NCBI GenBank assembly: GCA_012517875.1
Contig: JAAYUB010000026.1
Coordinates: 1,134 to 65,133 of the forward strand
Source: Acidobacteriota bacterium
GTDB taxonomy: Bacteria > Acidobacteriota > JAAYUB01
DNA: 64,000 nt
Reading direction: 5' to 3'
Shown: piece after piece, positions 28,230 through 37,141 of the stretch
Layout of the letters: every line of letters starts with the position of its first letter
Position numbering within the stretch: the first letter of the stretch is position 1
The notes under the pieces: model-generated
Database searches by the model: none
The model's input: the letters and a program-made list of their open reading frames with translations, nothing else
What the model was told of the DNA's origin: nothing
Made by a program: the position numbers and the translations under genes

Positions 28230-29737
28230 TTCGTGCTCCTTTCATTCGCGGACGGCCCACTCCAGGCCACCGTGCGGTTGCTGGGCGTGAACCACTCGCG
28301 GGCGACGCGCTGGATGTCGCCGGCGTCGATGCTCTGGAGACGGCTCAGATACAGGTTGTAGGCGGACGGGTCCGTGAAGAAGTCCTGACCCTCGGCCAGC
28401 ACCGCCGCCAACGCCTCGCCGTCGCGCAGCTGCCGCAGCAGACGGCCCGTTAGGAAACTGCGCGCTTCCTCCAACTCACGCCTGGAGACCGGCTGGTCCT
28501 TGAGCCGATTGAGCTGGTCCAGGACTGCCGTTTCCAGCCGCTGGAGTCCTACCCCGTCGCCCGCCACCGCGGTCACGGTGAAAAGGCCCGGGTGGCGCTT
28601 CATCTCCCAAACCCCGGTTCGGACATCCGCTGCCAGGCCTGTACGGATCAGCTCCTTGTAAAAAACGCTGGTCCGCCCCTGACTCAGGAGGGTGTCTATC
28701 ATTTCAAACACCGGGTAGTCCGGATGCGTCACCGCGCATCGGTGGAAGCCGACCACAAGCCGGGGAGCGGCATCTTGCACAATGGTGAGTCGCCGCTCGC
28801 CCAACTGAACGGGTTCGGCGGTCAGGGTGACCGGTTTGGTGATGTCCTGCCGGGGGATCTTGCCGAAATACCTCCGGATCAGGTTTTCAGCCTGATCGGC
28901 CTGAAAATCCCCCACCAGGACAAGGATGGCGTTGTTGGGCGCATAGTAGAGCCGGTGATAGTCCACGATGTCCTGGCGGGTCAGGTTTTCGATATCCGCC
29001 CGCCAGCCGATGACATCCCACTGGTATGGATGGGCCATGTAGGCCGCGGCCAGGAAGTTTTCGAACAGGACGGCTTCCGGCTGGGTCTCGGTGGTTTGCC
29101 GGCGTTCCTCTAGCACGACATCGCGCTCAGAATGGAACTCCCGGAAGAAAGGTTCCCGCATCCTGGCCGACTCGAAATACGCCCACGCCTCGAGGCAGTT
29201 CGACGGAAAGTACTCCATGTAATGCGTCCGGTCGAAGCTGGTATCAGCGCCCAGCCGGGCGAAGCCCACCTGGAACGTCGCCACATCCAGGTCGTTCTGG
29301 ATGGTCACCAGTTTCTGGCTCGCCGAGAGCCCCTTGATCTTGAGAAGCAGCACCTCGATCCGGTCATCCAAATCCGAGGGTGCGCGGCCCAGCACTTTCA
29401 GCCGGCGAAGCCGGAGCACCTCGCGGAACAGCTCGTCCTGCTTTTCCATCAGCGGGAGTTCCAGCTCGTAGTTCAGCGTCTGGATTTCCTTGGTGCCCTT
29501 GAACATCATGTGCTCGAGCATATGGGAAATCCCGGTGATGCCGTTGGTTTCGTTGCCGGAACCCACCTTGTAGCGGATCAGCGAGTGGATGATCGGGGTT
29601 TCGTGGCGAGGCACCAGGACGACCTCCAACCCGTTCTCCAGAGTGAACGTCTTCATGGGGATGTGGATCAGGTCCGCCGCGACGGTCAGGACCGGGCTCG
29701 CAGCAACCAGACTGGCAATCAGGAGCAGTCGTCTCAC
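28226..29737 (-). CDS. M16-family zinc peptidase, catalytic subunit type (secreted)
   Basis: Signal peptide, then HMLEHMMFKGT carrying the inverted zinc motif HxxEH. Confidence 0.8.
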   Translation of the reverse strand: MRRLLLIASLVAASPVLTVAADLIHIPMKTFTLENGLEVVLVPRHETPIIHSLIRYKVGSGNETNGITGISHMLEHMMFKGTKEIQTLNYELELPLMEKQDELFREVLRLRRLKVLGRAPSDLDDRIEVLLLKIKGLSASQKLVTIQNDLDVATFQVGFARLGADTSFDRTHYMEYFPSNCLEAWAYFESARMREPFFREFHSERDVVLEERRQTTETQPEAVLFENFLAAAYMAHPYQWDVIGWRADIENLTRQDIVDYHRLYYAPNNAILVLVGDFQADQAENLIRRYFGKIPRQDITKPVTLTAEPVQLGERRLTIVQDAAPRLVVGFHRCAVTHPDYPVFEMIDTLLSQGRTSVFYKELIRTGLAADVRTGVWEMKRHPGLFTVTAVAGDGVGLQRLETAVLDQLNRLKDQPVSRRELEEARSFLTGRLLRQLRDGEALAAVLAEGQDFFTDPSAYNLYLSRLQSIDAGDIQRVAREWFTPSNRTVAWSGPSANERSTK

Positions 29738-29892
29738 GAGTTCCTCCCGGCGCCGTTTTTGTTATTATACGGAAATGCACGGTCCGGCCGGTATCGTTTT
29801 CACGAACCAGCCCGAAAATCAGAGGATGCGGTCCGGACGGGGAAGGGGATGCCCTCGGCGCGCGCGACGGGCGCGTGCGCCGAGTGGGCGCT

Positions 29893-30612
29893 TCAGCGCA
29901 GGACGATGTCGCCGCTGACGGTGCTCAGTGTAATCTTGCCGCTGCCCTGGCCCAGGCGGCCGGTGACCTTTTCGGAACCGTAGCCCTTTTTCGTTTCGGA
30001 TTCTTCCATCTTCTGCTTCACGGTGAGATCCCCGCTGATGGTGCTGAGGCGGCAAAAGGCGTCCCCGCCGCCGGCGAGCACCAGCGTGATGTCGCCGCTG
30101 ACGTTGCTGATGGCGAGCGAGTTGGCGTACCGTTTATCCAACCGACAGACGACGTTGCCGCTGACCGAAGCGAGATCCACGTCGGACGGCGCGGCCGCCG
30201 TGAGGCTGAGCTCCCCGCTGACGGTTTTGAATTCCACCGCCCCGTTCAGGCGCTCCAGCGTGACGGAGCCGGAGATGGACTTCCCGTCCACCATGGCGCC
30301 GGCAGGAGCAAAAATCTTGAAGTTCACCGAGCCGCTGCTGCCGAAGAAACCCGGGTTGTTGTGGATCTCCCGGATCACGATCTCGCCATCGCGCTGGGTG
30401 ACTTCGGGTGTAACATTATCACCGACCACCACGGAATCCACCTTGACATCGGGTTTCTCCCAGCCGGTCACGCTGATGTTGCCGGAGACGGTCTTGATGC
30501 GAAGCACCACCCGGTCGCCGACCTTGAATGTCTGGGTCGCCGCCGACACAGCCACGCTCAGAACCAGTAGCGCAAGCATCACGATCAACGTGGGGCGGTA
30601 TTTCAAGATCAT
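29893..30612 (-). CDS. DUF4097-family putative adhesin / beta-helical repeat protein
   Basis: N-terminal TM or signal segment. Repeated (V/I)SG(N/D/E)(I/L)(S/T)(V/L) units: SGNISV, SGSVTL, SGELSL, SGNVVC, SGDITL, SGDLTV, SGDIVL. Confidence 0.65.
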   Translation of the reverse strand: MILKYRPTLIVMLALLVLSVAVSAATQTFKVGDRVVLRIKTVSGNISVTGWEKPDVKVDSVVVGDNVTPEVTQRDGEIVIREIHNNPGFFGSSGSVNFKIFAPAGAMVDGKSISGSVTLERLNGAVEFKTVSGELSLTAAAPSDVDLASVSGNVVCRLDKRYANSLAISNVSGDITLVLAGGGDAFCRLSTISGDLTVKQKMEESETKKGYGSEKVTGRLGQGSGKITLSTVSGDIVLR

Positions 30613-30803
30613 GCCAGCACCTCCTGCCAGGTTTCACTACATGAGACGCACCGATCACGGTATAAAGTTGCATGCGGGTGGTGCACCGTCATCTTACCAT
30701 GGCCGAGCCGTCGGCTCCATCATCCGGTGCATCTTGACTCCCGCCCCACTCCGGGTATGATAGCGACGGACCGTCCGGCGACCAGACCCGGAGGCATTTG
30801 TAC

Positions 30804-30826
30804 CGGTCCGCGGTATCCGCGGACCG
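30804..30826. promoter_or_regulatory. Inverted repeat of 10-bp arms with 3-nt spacer (CGGTCCGCGG-tat-CCGCGGACCG) in the MoxR 5' leader
   Basis: Read from the sequence; sits about 20 nt upstream of the MoxR RBS. A TTGACT-17-ATGATA promoter-like element lies at about 30754..30782. Confidence 0.3.
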
Positions 30827-30846
30827 ATCCCCGTCCAGGAGGCGGT

Positions 30847-31836
30847 ATGGCCAACGTCGACATCCAGCGGCTCAACGAACAGATCCAGGCGGACAGCGCG
30901 TTTCTCAACGACATCCGGACCGAGGTCCGGAAAGTGATCATCGGGCAGGAGTATATCGTCGAGCGGCTCCTCGTGGGCCTGCTCACTCACGGGCATATCC
31001 TCCTGGAGGGCGTCCCGGGGTTGGCCAAAACGCTGTCGGTGCAGACGCTGGCGCGCACCATTGCCTCGCGGTTCCAACGCATTCAGTTCACCCCCGACCT
31101 GTTGCCGGCCGATCTTACCGGCACCATGGTCTTCAACCCGAAAACCGGTGAATTCCACCCCCGCCAGGGCCCCCTGTTCGCCAACCTGATTCTGGCCGAC
31201 GAGATCAACCGCGCCCCTGCCAAGGTTCAGAGCGCCCTGCTCGAAGCCATGCAGGAGCGGCAGGTGACCATCGGCGACACCACCTTTCCGCTGCCCCAAC
31301 CGTTCCTGGTGCTGGCGACGCAGAATCCAATTGAACAGGAGGGGACCTACCCGCTGCCCGAGGCCCAGGTAGACCGCTTCATGCTCAAGCTGCGGATCAC
31401 CTACCCCAGCCGGAAGGAGGAACGCGATATTCTTGACCGAATGGCCACCGCTCCGGAGATTCCCGTCCGTTCCGTCGCCAGCCCGGAGCAGATCTTGCAG
31501 GCGAGCGAGACGATCCGCCGCATCTACGTGGATGAAAAGCTGAAGGACTACGTGGTCAACCTGGTCTGCGCCACCCGCACGCCGGCCGACTTCGGCCTGG
31601 ATCTCAAGGCTCTGATCGATTACGGCGCCTCCCCCCGGGCCACCATCTTTCTGATCCGGGCGGCCATGGCGCACGCTTTTCTCGACGGCCGCGGCTTCGT
31701 GATTCCCGAGGACATCAAGGCGATGGCTCTAGACGTCCTGCGTCACCGAATCATCCTGAGCTACGAGGCCGAAAGCGAGGAACTCACCGCCGACGATCTC
31801 ATCACCCGCGTCTTCGACGTCATCCCCGTGCCCTGA
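30847..31836 (+). CDS. MoxR-family AAA+ ATPase
   Basis: GHILLEGVPGLAKT is the Walker A motif and LLADEINRAPAKVQSALLEAMQERQVT the Walker B/sensor region. GGAGG RBS upstream. Confidence 0.9.
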   Translation: MANVDIQRLNEQIQADSAFLNDIRTEVRKVIIGQEYIVERLLVGLLTHGHILLEGVPGLAKTLSVQTLARTIASRFQRIQFTPDLLPADLTGTMVFNPKTGEFHPRQGPLFANLILADEINRAPAKVQSALLEAMQERQVTIGDTTFPLPQPFLVLATQNPIEQEGTYPLPEAQVDRFMLKLRITYPSRKEERDILDRMATAPEIPVRSVASPEQILQASETIRRIYVDEKLKDYVVNLVCATRTPADFGLDLKALIDYGASPRATIFLIRAAMAHAFLDGRGFVIPEDIKAMALDVLRHRIILSYEAESEELTADDLITRVFDVIPVP

Positions 31837-31840
31837 CCGG

Positions 31841-32734
31841 ATGTGCCCCGTGAGCCTCTCCCCGGACATCTACCGGAAGATCCGGCAAATCGAGATCGCC
31901 ACCCGGCGGTTGGTGGACGAGGCGGTGGCCGGAGAGTATCACTCCGTTTTCAAGGGCCGCGGGATCGAGTACAGCGAGGTCCGGCCTTACCAGGCCGGGG
32001 ACGATATCCGCACCATCGACTGGAACGTGACTTCCCGCTCCGGTTCCCTCCATGTGAAGAAATACGTCGAGGAGCGCGAGCTGACCGTGCTGCTGCTGGT
32101 GGATGCCAGCCGGTCTACAGGCTTTGGCTCGGGCACCAAGAGCAAAGAAGAGGTTGCTGCCGAAATCGCAGCCATCATCGCCTTCTCAGCCATCCGCAAC
32201 AATGACCGGGTGGGCGTCGTGCTGTTCACCGGCGCCGTGGAAAAGTATATTCCGCCGCGCAAGGGCACGCGCCATGTGTTGCGGCTGGTGCGGGAGATCC
32301 TGGCCTTCCAGCCCGCGCGGCCGGACACGAGCATTGGAAACGCTCTGGAGTTTGCTTCGCGTGTGCTTAAAAAGCGCAGCATTGTCTTCCTGATCTCGGA
32401 TTTCTTCGACGCCGGCTACGCCGACGCTCTGCGCGTTGCCGCCCGCATGCACGACCTGGTGGGTATCGCCATCACCGACACCGGCGAGCGGTCGCTGCCG
32501 CCGTTGGGATGGCTCCGCCTGGCCGATCTGGAGAGCGGTCAGCTGCGACTGGTTCCGGCGTTCTGGCCGCCGACACGGCGTCGCTATCAGGAGGCCATGG
32601 ACGCCCATCGGCGCGAGCGTCAGGCGCTGCTACGCAAGCAGCGCGTCGACCAGGTGGAGATTCTGGCCGACGCCTCGTACGAAAAGCCGCTGCAGCAGTT
32701 CTTCCGGCGCCGCGCCCGCCGGCTGCGGCGTTAA
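31841..32734 (+). CDS. DUF58-domain protein (MoxR partner, VWA-like)
   Basis: EYSEVRPYQAGDDIRTIDWNVTSRSGSLHVKKY is the DUF58 signature. Immediately follows MoxR. Confidence 0.8.
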   Translation: MCPVSLSPDIYRKIRQIEIATRRLVDEAVAGEYHSVFKGRGIEYSEVRPYQAGDDIRTIDWNVTSRSGSLHVKKYVEERELTVLLLVDASRSTGFGSGTKSKEEVAAEIAAIIAFSAIRNNDRVGVVLFTGAVEKYIPPRKGTRHVLRLVREILAFQPARPDTSIGNALEFASRVLKKRSIVFLISDFFDAGYADALRVAARMHDLVGIAITDTGERSLPPLGWLRLADLESGQLRLVPAFWPPTRRRYQEAMDAHRRERQALLRKQRVDQVEILADASYEKPLQQFFRRRARRLRR

Positions 32735-32931
32735 GCTATAACCACGTCAAAATATACCGGGACACCGGCGGCTATCGGTGTTAAGATATCAACAGTTCGT
32801 TGTTTTTGGGTTGCCGTATCACCACAGGCCGGAAAGACACCCGATACTGACCAGAGCAGAAAACACGATCTTCCATTGACCCACTGCCCAGCCACTCATA
32901 CCGGTCAATATTTCCCGGAACAGGCCGGCTT

Positions 32932-34530
32932 ATGCACATCCTTCTCTACGTACCCGACAACCAGGTAACCGATAATTTTGTTCCCCAGCTCTGGCCAATC
33001 CTGCTGCAAAATTTGACCCCATCGCAACACCCGGTCTCCATCATTGACGGAAATGTTGACCGCTACGATGAAGTCGGCTTAGTTGAGTTTATCCATCAGC
33101 ATCACATCGATTTGGTGGGCATGGGCTTCATGACACGCATGGCCCAAAAGGCCTATCGGATGGCCGATGCCGTTCGAGCCGCCACCACTATCCCTGTCAT
33201 CATGGGCGGACCGCACGTCAGTGCGCTTCCCGATGAAGCGCTGGGCAGCCAGGGTGGCCCACGGCACGCCGACGCCGTCGTGGTCGGCGAAGCTGAGGAT
33301 CTCTGGCCCGAGGTTATCCGTGACGTAGCTGACGGACGGCTTCATCGCATTTATCAGGCTCCAACCTGCGCCGGGGCTGCGTCTAAGCCATCCCTCCAAA
33401 ACTATCCCATCATGCCGTGGGACCAAATGGATATGGATCGATTTGACCTGATGCGCCATGTGCCTGGTGTGGTCCGCAAACTGTTCGGCCGCCTGGGCAT
33501 CCCGTTCCAACGGGCTTTCGTCATCCCCGTCGAAACTGGGCGCGGCTGTCCCTACGGCTGTGAATTCTGTTCGGTGACCGGTTTTTTTGGCGGCCACGTT
33601 CGTTTCCGCACCACCGACAATGTGATAGAGGAAATCCGCCGCCTCAAAGCGTTGGGCCGGCGTGAGAATGCTCTGATGATGGTTTTTTTTGTCGACGACA
33701 ACTTCGCGATCGACCGGCGCCGCACCAAAAACTTGTTGCGACGCATGATCGCTGAGGATGTCTGTCTCCCGTGGGTGGGACAGGTCAGCGTCAACCTTCT
33801 TCGGGATGAAGAGCTGGTTGAACTGATGTCCGCCAGCGGTTGCCGCTGGATTTTCGTTGGGTTGGAATCGGTAGTGCCAGCCAGTCTCGCCGAAGCCCAT
33901 AAAGACTTCAACAAACCGGGTGAATATGCTGCCACACTAGCCCTCTTGGCCAAGCATGACGTGTACGCCATCACCTCTTTCATTTACGGCCTGGACGGCG
34001 ATGAAACCGGCGTTTCAAATAAAACACTCGAGCGGATCGGGACCTGGCCTCCCGTATTACCGGTCTTCGGATTGCTGACGCCCTACCCGGCCACACCCCT
34101 CTATCGGCGCCTAGAAAAGGAACGCCGTCTGTCGCGCCCCCGCCATTGGTTGGATTTTCAAGCATTTAAGACCGCATTTACCCATCGCCGGATGACAGCC
34201 GCAGATTTAGAAGCGGAAGTGTACCATTCCTGGCTTCACAGCTACCGGCCATCCACGTTCCGCCAGTCTCAGTGGTGGCTGAAACGGAACCAAAAGAATT
34301 TCGGGTATCAGTTCATGCACTTCATCTCGCGGTTGTTTTTTAGGGGGATCTATTTCCCCCAGAAAAGCCGTTGGGCCTGGTTCCGGCTCTTAATCGCCAA
34401 CACCCCAACCATAATCAGTCTGATTCGTTCCGGCTTGACCAGGCGCTCGACTGCCGCCCCCGCCAACGCACCGGAACCCGCACTGCAGGTCAGAGCCGCC
34501 GTCTCGTCGGCTCAAAATGTCCAACGCTGA
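32932..34530 (+). CDS. Cobalamin (B12)-binding domain radical SAM enzyme (class B radical SAM, DUF4070-like C-terminus)
   Basis: N-terminal B12-binding Rossmann-like domain (HHIDLVGMGFMT...IPVIMGGPH). Radical SAM cluster motif GRGCPYGCEFCS (CxxxCxxC). 532 aa. Confidence 0.85.
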   Translation: MHILLYVPDNQVTDNFVPQLWPILLQNLTPSQHPVSIIDGNVDRYDEVGLVEFIHQHHIDLVGMGFMTRMAQKAYRMADAVRAATTIPVIMGGPHVSALPDEALGSQGGPRHADAVVVGEAEDLWPEVIRDVADGRLHRIYQAPTCAGAASKPSLQNYPIMPWDQMDMDRFDLMRHVPGVVRKLFGRLGIPFQRAFVIPVETGRGCPYGCEFCSVTGFFGGHVRFRTTDNVIEEIRRLKALGRRENALMMVFFVDDNFAIDRRRTKNLLRRMIAEDVCLPWVGQVSVNLLRDEELVELMSASGCRWIFVGLESVVPASLAEAHKDFNKPGEYAATLALLAKHDVYAITSFIYGLDGDETGVSNKTLERIGTWPPVLPVFGLLTPYPATPLYRRLEKERRLSRPRHWLDFQAFKTAFTHRRMTAADLEAEVYHSWLHSYRPSTFRQSQWWLKRNQKNFGYQFMHFISRLFFRGIYFPQKSRWAWFRLLIANTPTIISLIRSGLTRRSTAAPANAPEPALQVRAAVSSAQNVQR

Positions 34531-34699
34531 AGGAGCCTCTCCCAACAAACGAGGGGCCATTGCAATCCGGCGGCACTGACGCCGCTCGCATCAGTGCATA
34601 AAAACCACTGTTCCGCCTGTCTAACGCAATAGTTCCGGTGACCGCCGATCCGGCGCATACGATTCGCGGACCGGCATTCGCCCAGCCCAAGGAGGACAC

Positions 34700-34975
34700 A
34701 TGCCGAAACTGTTCCGGACAGACATCTTGTCAGAAGCCAACCTGAAGGTCTTTGTGACCGACATCCGCTCCGAGGCCGATCTGGCTGTTTTTGAGACCAC
34801 GAGCCCGTGGGACGCCAACACGAGCGCCGTCTGGTGCTACACCGATATCCAGAGCGATGCCGACCGGATCGTTTACTTCACTGACAACCAGTGGGACGCC
34901 GACCTGGTGGTCTACAAAACCGACATCCAGTCGGACGCCGGGTGGATCCACTCGGCCAAATCTGACCGGCTCTAA
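34700..34975 (+). CDS. Small acidic tandem-repeat protein (5 x about 13 aa, consensus TDIxS[DE]AD[LR]xV[FY]x); candidate substrate or precursor peptide for the adjacent B12-radical SAM enzyme
   Basis: AAGGAGG 4 nt before the ATG. 91 aa with units TDILSEANLKVFV / TDIRSEADLAVFE / TDIQSDADRIVYF / TDNQWDADLVVYK / TDIQSDAGWIHSA. The repeats are diverged at DNA level, so they are not a recent duplication. No signal peptide. High GC3. Confidence 0.55.
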   Translation: MPKLFRTDILSEANLKVFVTDIRSEADLAVFETTSPWDANTSAVWCYTDIQSDADRIVYFTDNQWDADLVVYKTDIQSDAGWIHSAKSDRL

Positions 34976-35007
34976 TCGCGTCGGGATCTGCACACACGCT
35001 ACGGAGG

Positions 35008-35023
35008 CTCCCGACACCGGGAG
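35008..35023. terminator. Hairpin CTCCCG-acac-CGGGAG downstream of the repeat-peptide gene
   Basis: Inverted repeat 33 nt after the stop. A TATAAT at 35080..35085 precedes the next gene. Confidence 0.25.
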
Positions 35024-35127
35024 GTCGCCGCTGGCTTGCCACCTCCCGGGGTGCAATTGGCGCAGCGTCCGCCGAGCGGTATAATGGTTTACGTACCGCC
35101 GCTGAATCGAAGGCAACAGGAGGCCAT

Positions 35128-36321
35128 ATGCACCCCACCGTCTCCGGCCGGGACTTGGAAACTTGGGCCGGATACATGCTGAACCATTCACTGGGCGGCA
35201 TCGCACCTGACGATGTCGTCATGATCAAGGGCGAACCCGTGACGTGGCCGCTCATAGCTGCCCTCCAGGACAAGGTCATTGCCGCCGGCGCCGTCGCCGA
35301 CATCTACCTGGTAGCGCCGGACAACGACCGCGGCCGGGTATGGGGCGCCGCCATGGCCCGCCTTGGCACACCCGAGCAGATCGCCCGGGTGCCGGCCTGG
35401 CACCGGCAGCGCTATGAGGCCATGACCAAGTATATCGAAATCCTCGGCGCCGAGCGGCCCGAGCTTTATGCCCACCTGTCGGCGGAGGCGGCTTCGGCCA
35501 TCGTCAAAGCCGACGAGCCATTCAAGAACATCCGGCTGGCCAAGCAATGGCTGCTGACCCTGTTTCCAACACAGGGCTTCGCCGAGCTGGAGGGGCTGAC
35601 ACTGGAGGAATACACCCGGGTGATCGTCCGCGCCTCCACCACCGATCCGCAGATGCTCGAAGCCGTAGAGGATGAGATCCACCGGATCATGTCCCGCACC
35701 CGCCGGATGCGCATCGTCACTGCCTGCCCCAAGACCGGCCGGTCGCTGGAACTGGACCTGTCAATCGCCGGCCAGCGCATCGTCAAGTGCGTGGGCAAGC
35801 GCAACTTCCCCGACGGCGAGGTTTTCACCAGCCCCGCCGCCAACTCGGTGGAAGGGGAGATTTATCTGGACCTGCCGGTCCTTTACTCCGGAGCCACTAT
35901 CCGCGGGATTTACCTCCGGCTCGAGGGAGGCATCATCTGCGAGTATTCGGCGGACGAGGGACTCGACGTCCTGCGCGGCATCATCGAAACCGATGACGGC
36001 TCCCGCCGCCTCGGCGAGGTGGCCCTGGGCATGAACAACGGCCTGGAGCGAGCCCTCAAGCATCCGCTGTTCGTGGAGAAGGTGGGCGGCACCCTGCACA
36101 TCGCCATCGGCAACAGCTACAAGGAGAGCTACGTGGACGACCCCGACTCGCCGGAGGGGAAGGCCCGGCTGGAGGAGCTGCGCCGGCAGGGCGCGTACAA
36201 CACCTCCGCTCAGCACGTGGATATCGTGGCCGATTTCCGCCCCGGCGGCGCCGGACGGGTCGTCTGGCTCGACGACGTCCAGTTGGCGCTGCGCGACAAC
36301 ATCTGGGTGGTGCCGCGCTGA
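35128..36321 (+). CDS. M29-family aminopeptidase (AmpS/PepS, aminopeptidase T-like)
   Basis: 397 aa. C-terminal HIAIGNSY...NTSAQHVDIV pattern typical of thermophilic metalloprotease M29. RBS AGGAGG upstream. Confidence 0.75.
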   Translation: MHPTVSGRDLETWAGYMLNHSLGGIAPDDVVMIKGEPVTWPLIAALQDKVIAAGAVADIYLVAPDNDRGRVWGAAMARLGTPEQIARVPAWHRQRYEAMTKYIEILGAERPELYAHLSAEAASAIVKADEPFKNIRLAKQWLLTLFPTQGFAELEGLTLEEYTRVIVRASTTDPQMLEAVEDEIHRIMSRTRRMRIVTACPKTGRSLELDLSIAGQRIVKCVGKRNFPDGEVFTSPAANSVEGEIYLDLPVLYSGATIRGIYLRLEGGIICEYSADEGLDVLRGIIETDDGSRRLGEVALGMNNGLERALKHPLFVEKVGGTLHIAIGNSYKESYVDDPDSPEGKARLEELRRQGAYNTSAQHVDIVADFRPGGAGRVVWLDDVQLALRDNIWVVPR

Positions 36322-37141
36322 GTCTTCCCGTTATCTAAAGTGAGGCTGATTTGATGGTACGCCGCTTTCCGATTCAGCCCTCCTCTGTCCTTGGGAGGAG
36401 ACAGACATGATCAGGGGACTGGCGTGGTTGTTTGGATGCTGCGGCTGGTGCTGCTCGGCACGGCGGGCATAATTCTGTCTGCTGGCGCGTACGCGGAGGA
36501 CACGTCCGCAGGACAAACCGCAGCCGGTGTTCCGGTTCAGCGGGTGCTACGACGACCGGATGCCCGTGCAGCAGCGCCCGCCGGATGACTGACTCGCACG
36601 GTTCAGTCAACTGACTGGCAAGTTACTCCCGCCGCCGGAGGAAATTTTCGAACGCGTGTCCATCTCCGACCGAGCCACCTTCAAAGCTATTACCCATGCC
36701 ATGATCAATTCAACGCTGACTGACGAAACAGAAGCCCCGCTTGGCAACGTACTGGATCTGGCCCTCTACATGGAAACCGTGAAGAGCCAGATGCCCGGCA
36801 TATGAGGGGAACTGCAGTTGCGCATGTACACACAGTTGCGCCCTGACACCCTGGTTGTCTTGCATCGCTGCCGGGAATTCAGGCAGGGCTCAGACAACGT
36901 CAGCTACCACAAGGACTAATCGCAGAAATTCCGCCAGCAGGGCGGCGTGCCGTCCATACAGATATCGATCTCCACCGACGGCCACCGCCCGGATGTCGAC
37001 GTGGATAACCGGTCAGCCAAATAACCGCCGCCCTTTTCAACGGCCATCTCTCGTCGGCCAACTCCGACGTCCGCGCGGACGATAACGCCGAGCGTCACAA
37101 CACCCGGAGGTCGAGTCTGACCGACTGGTGGCGGATCTTTT

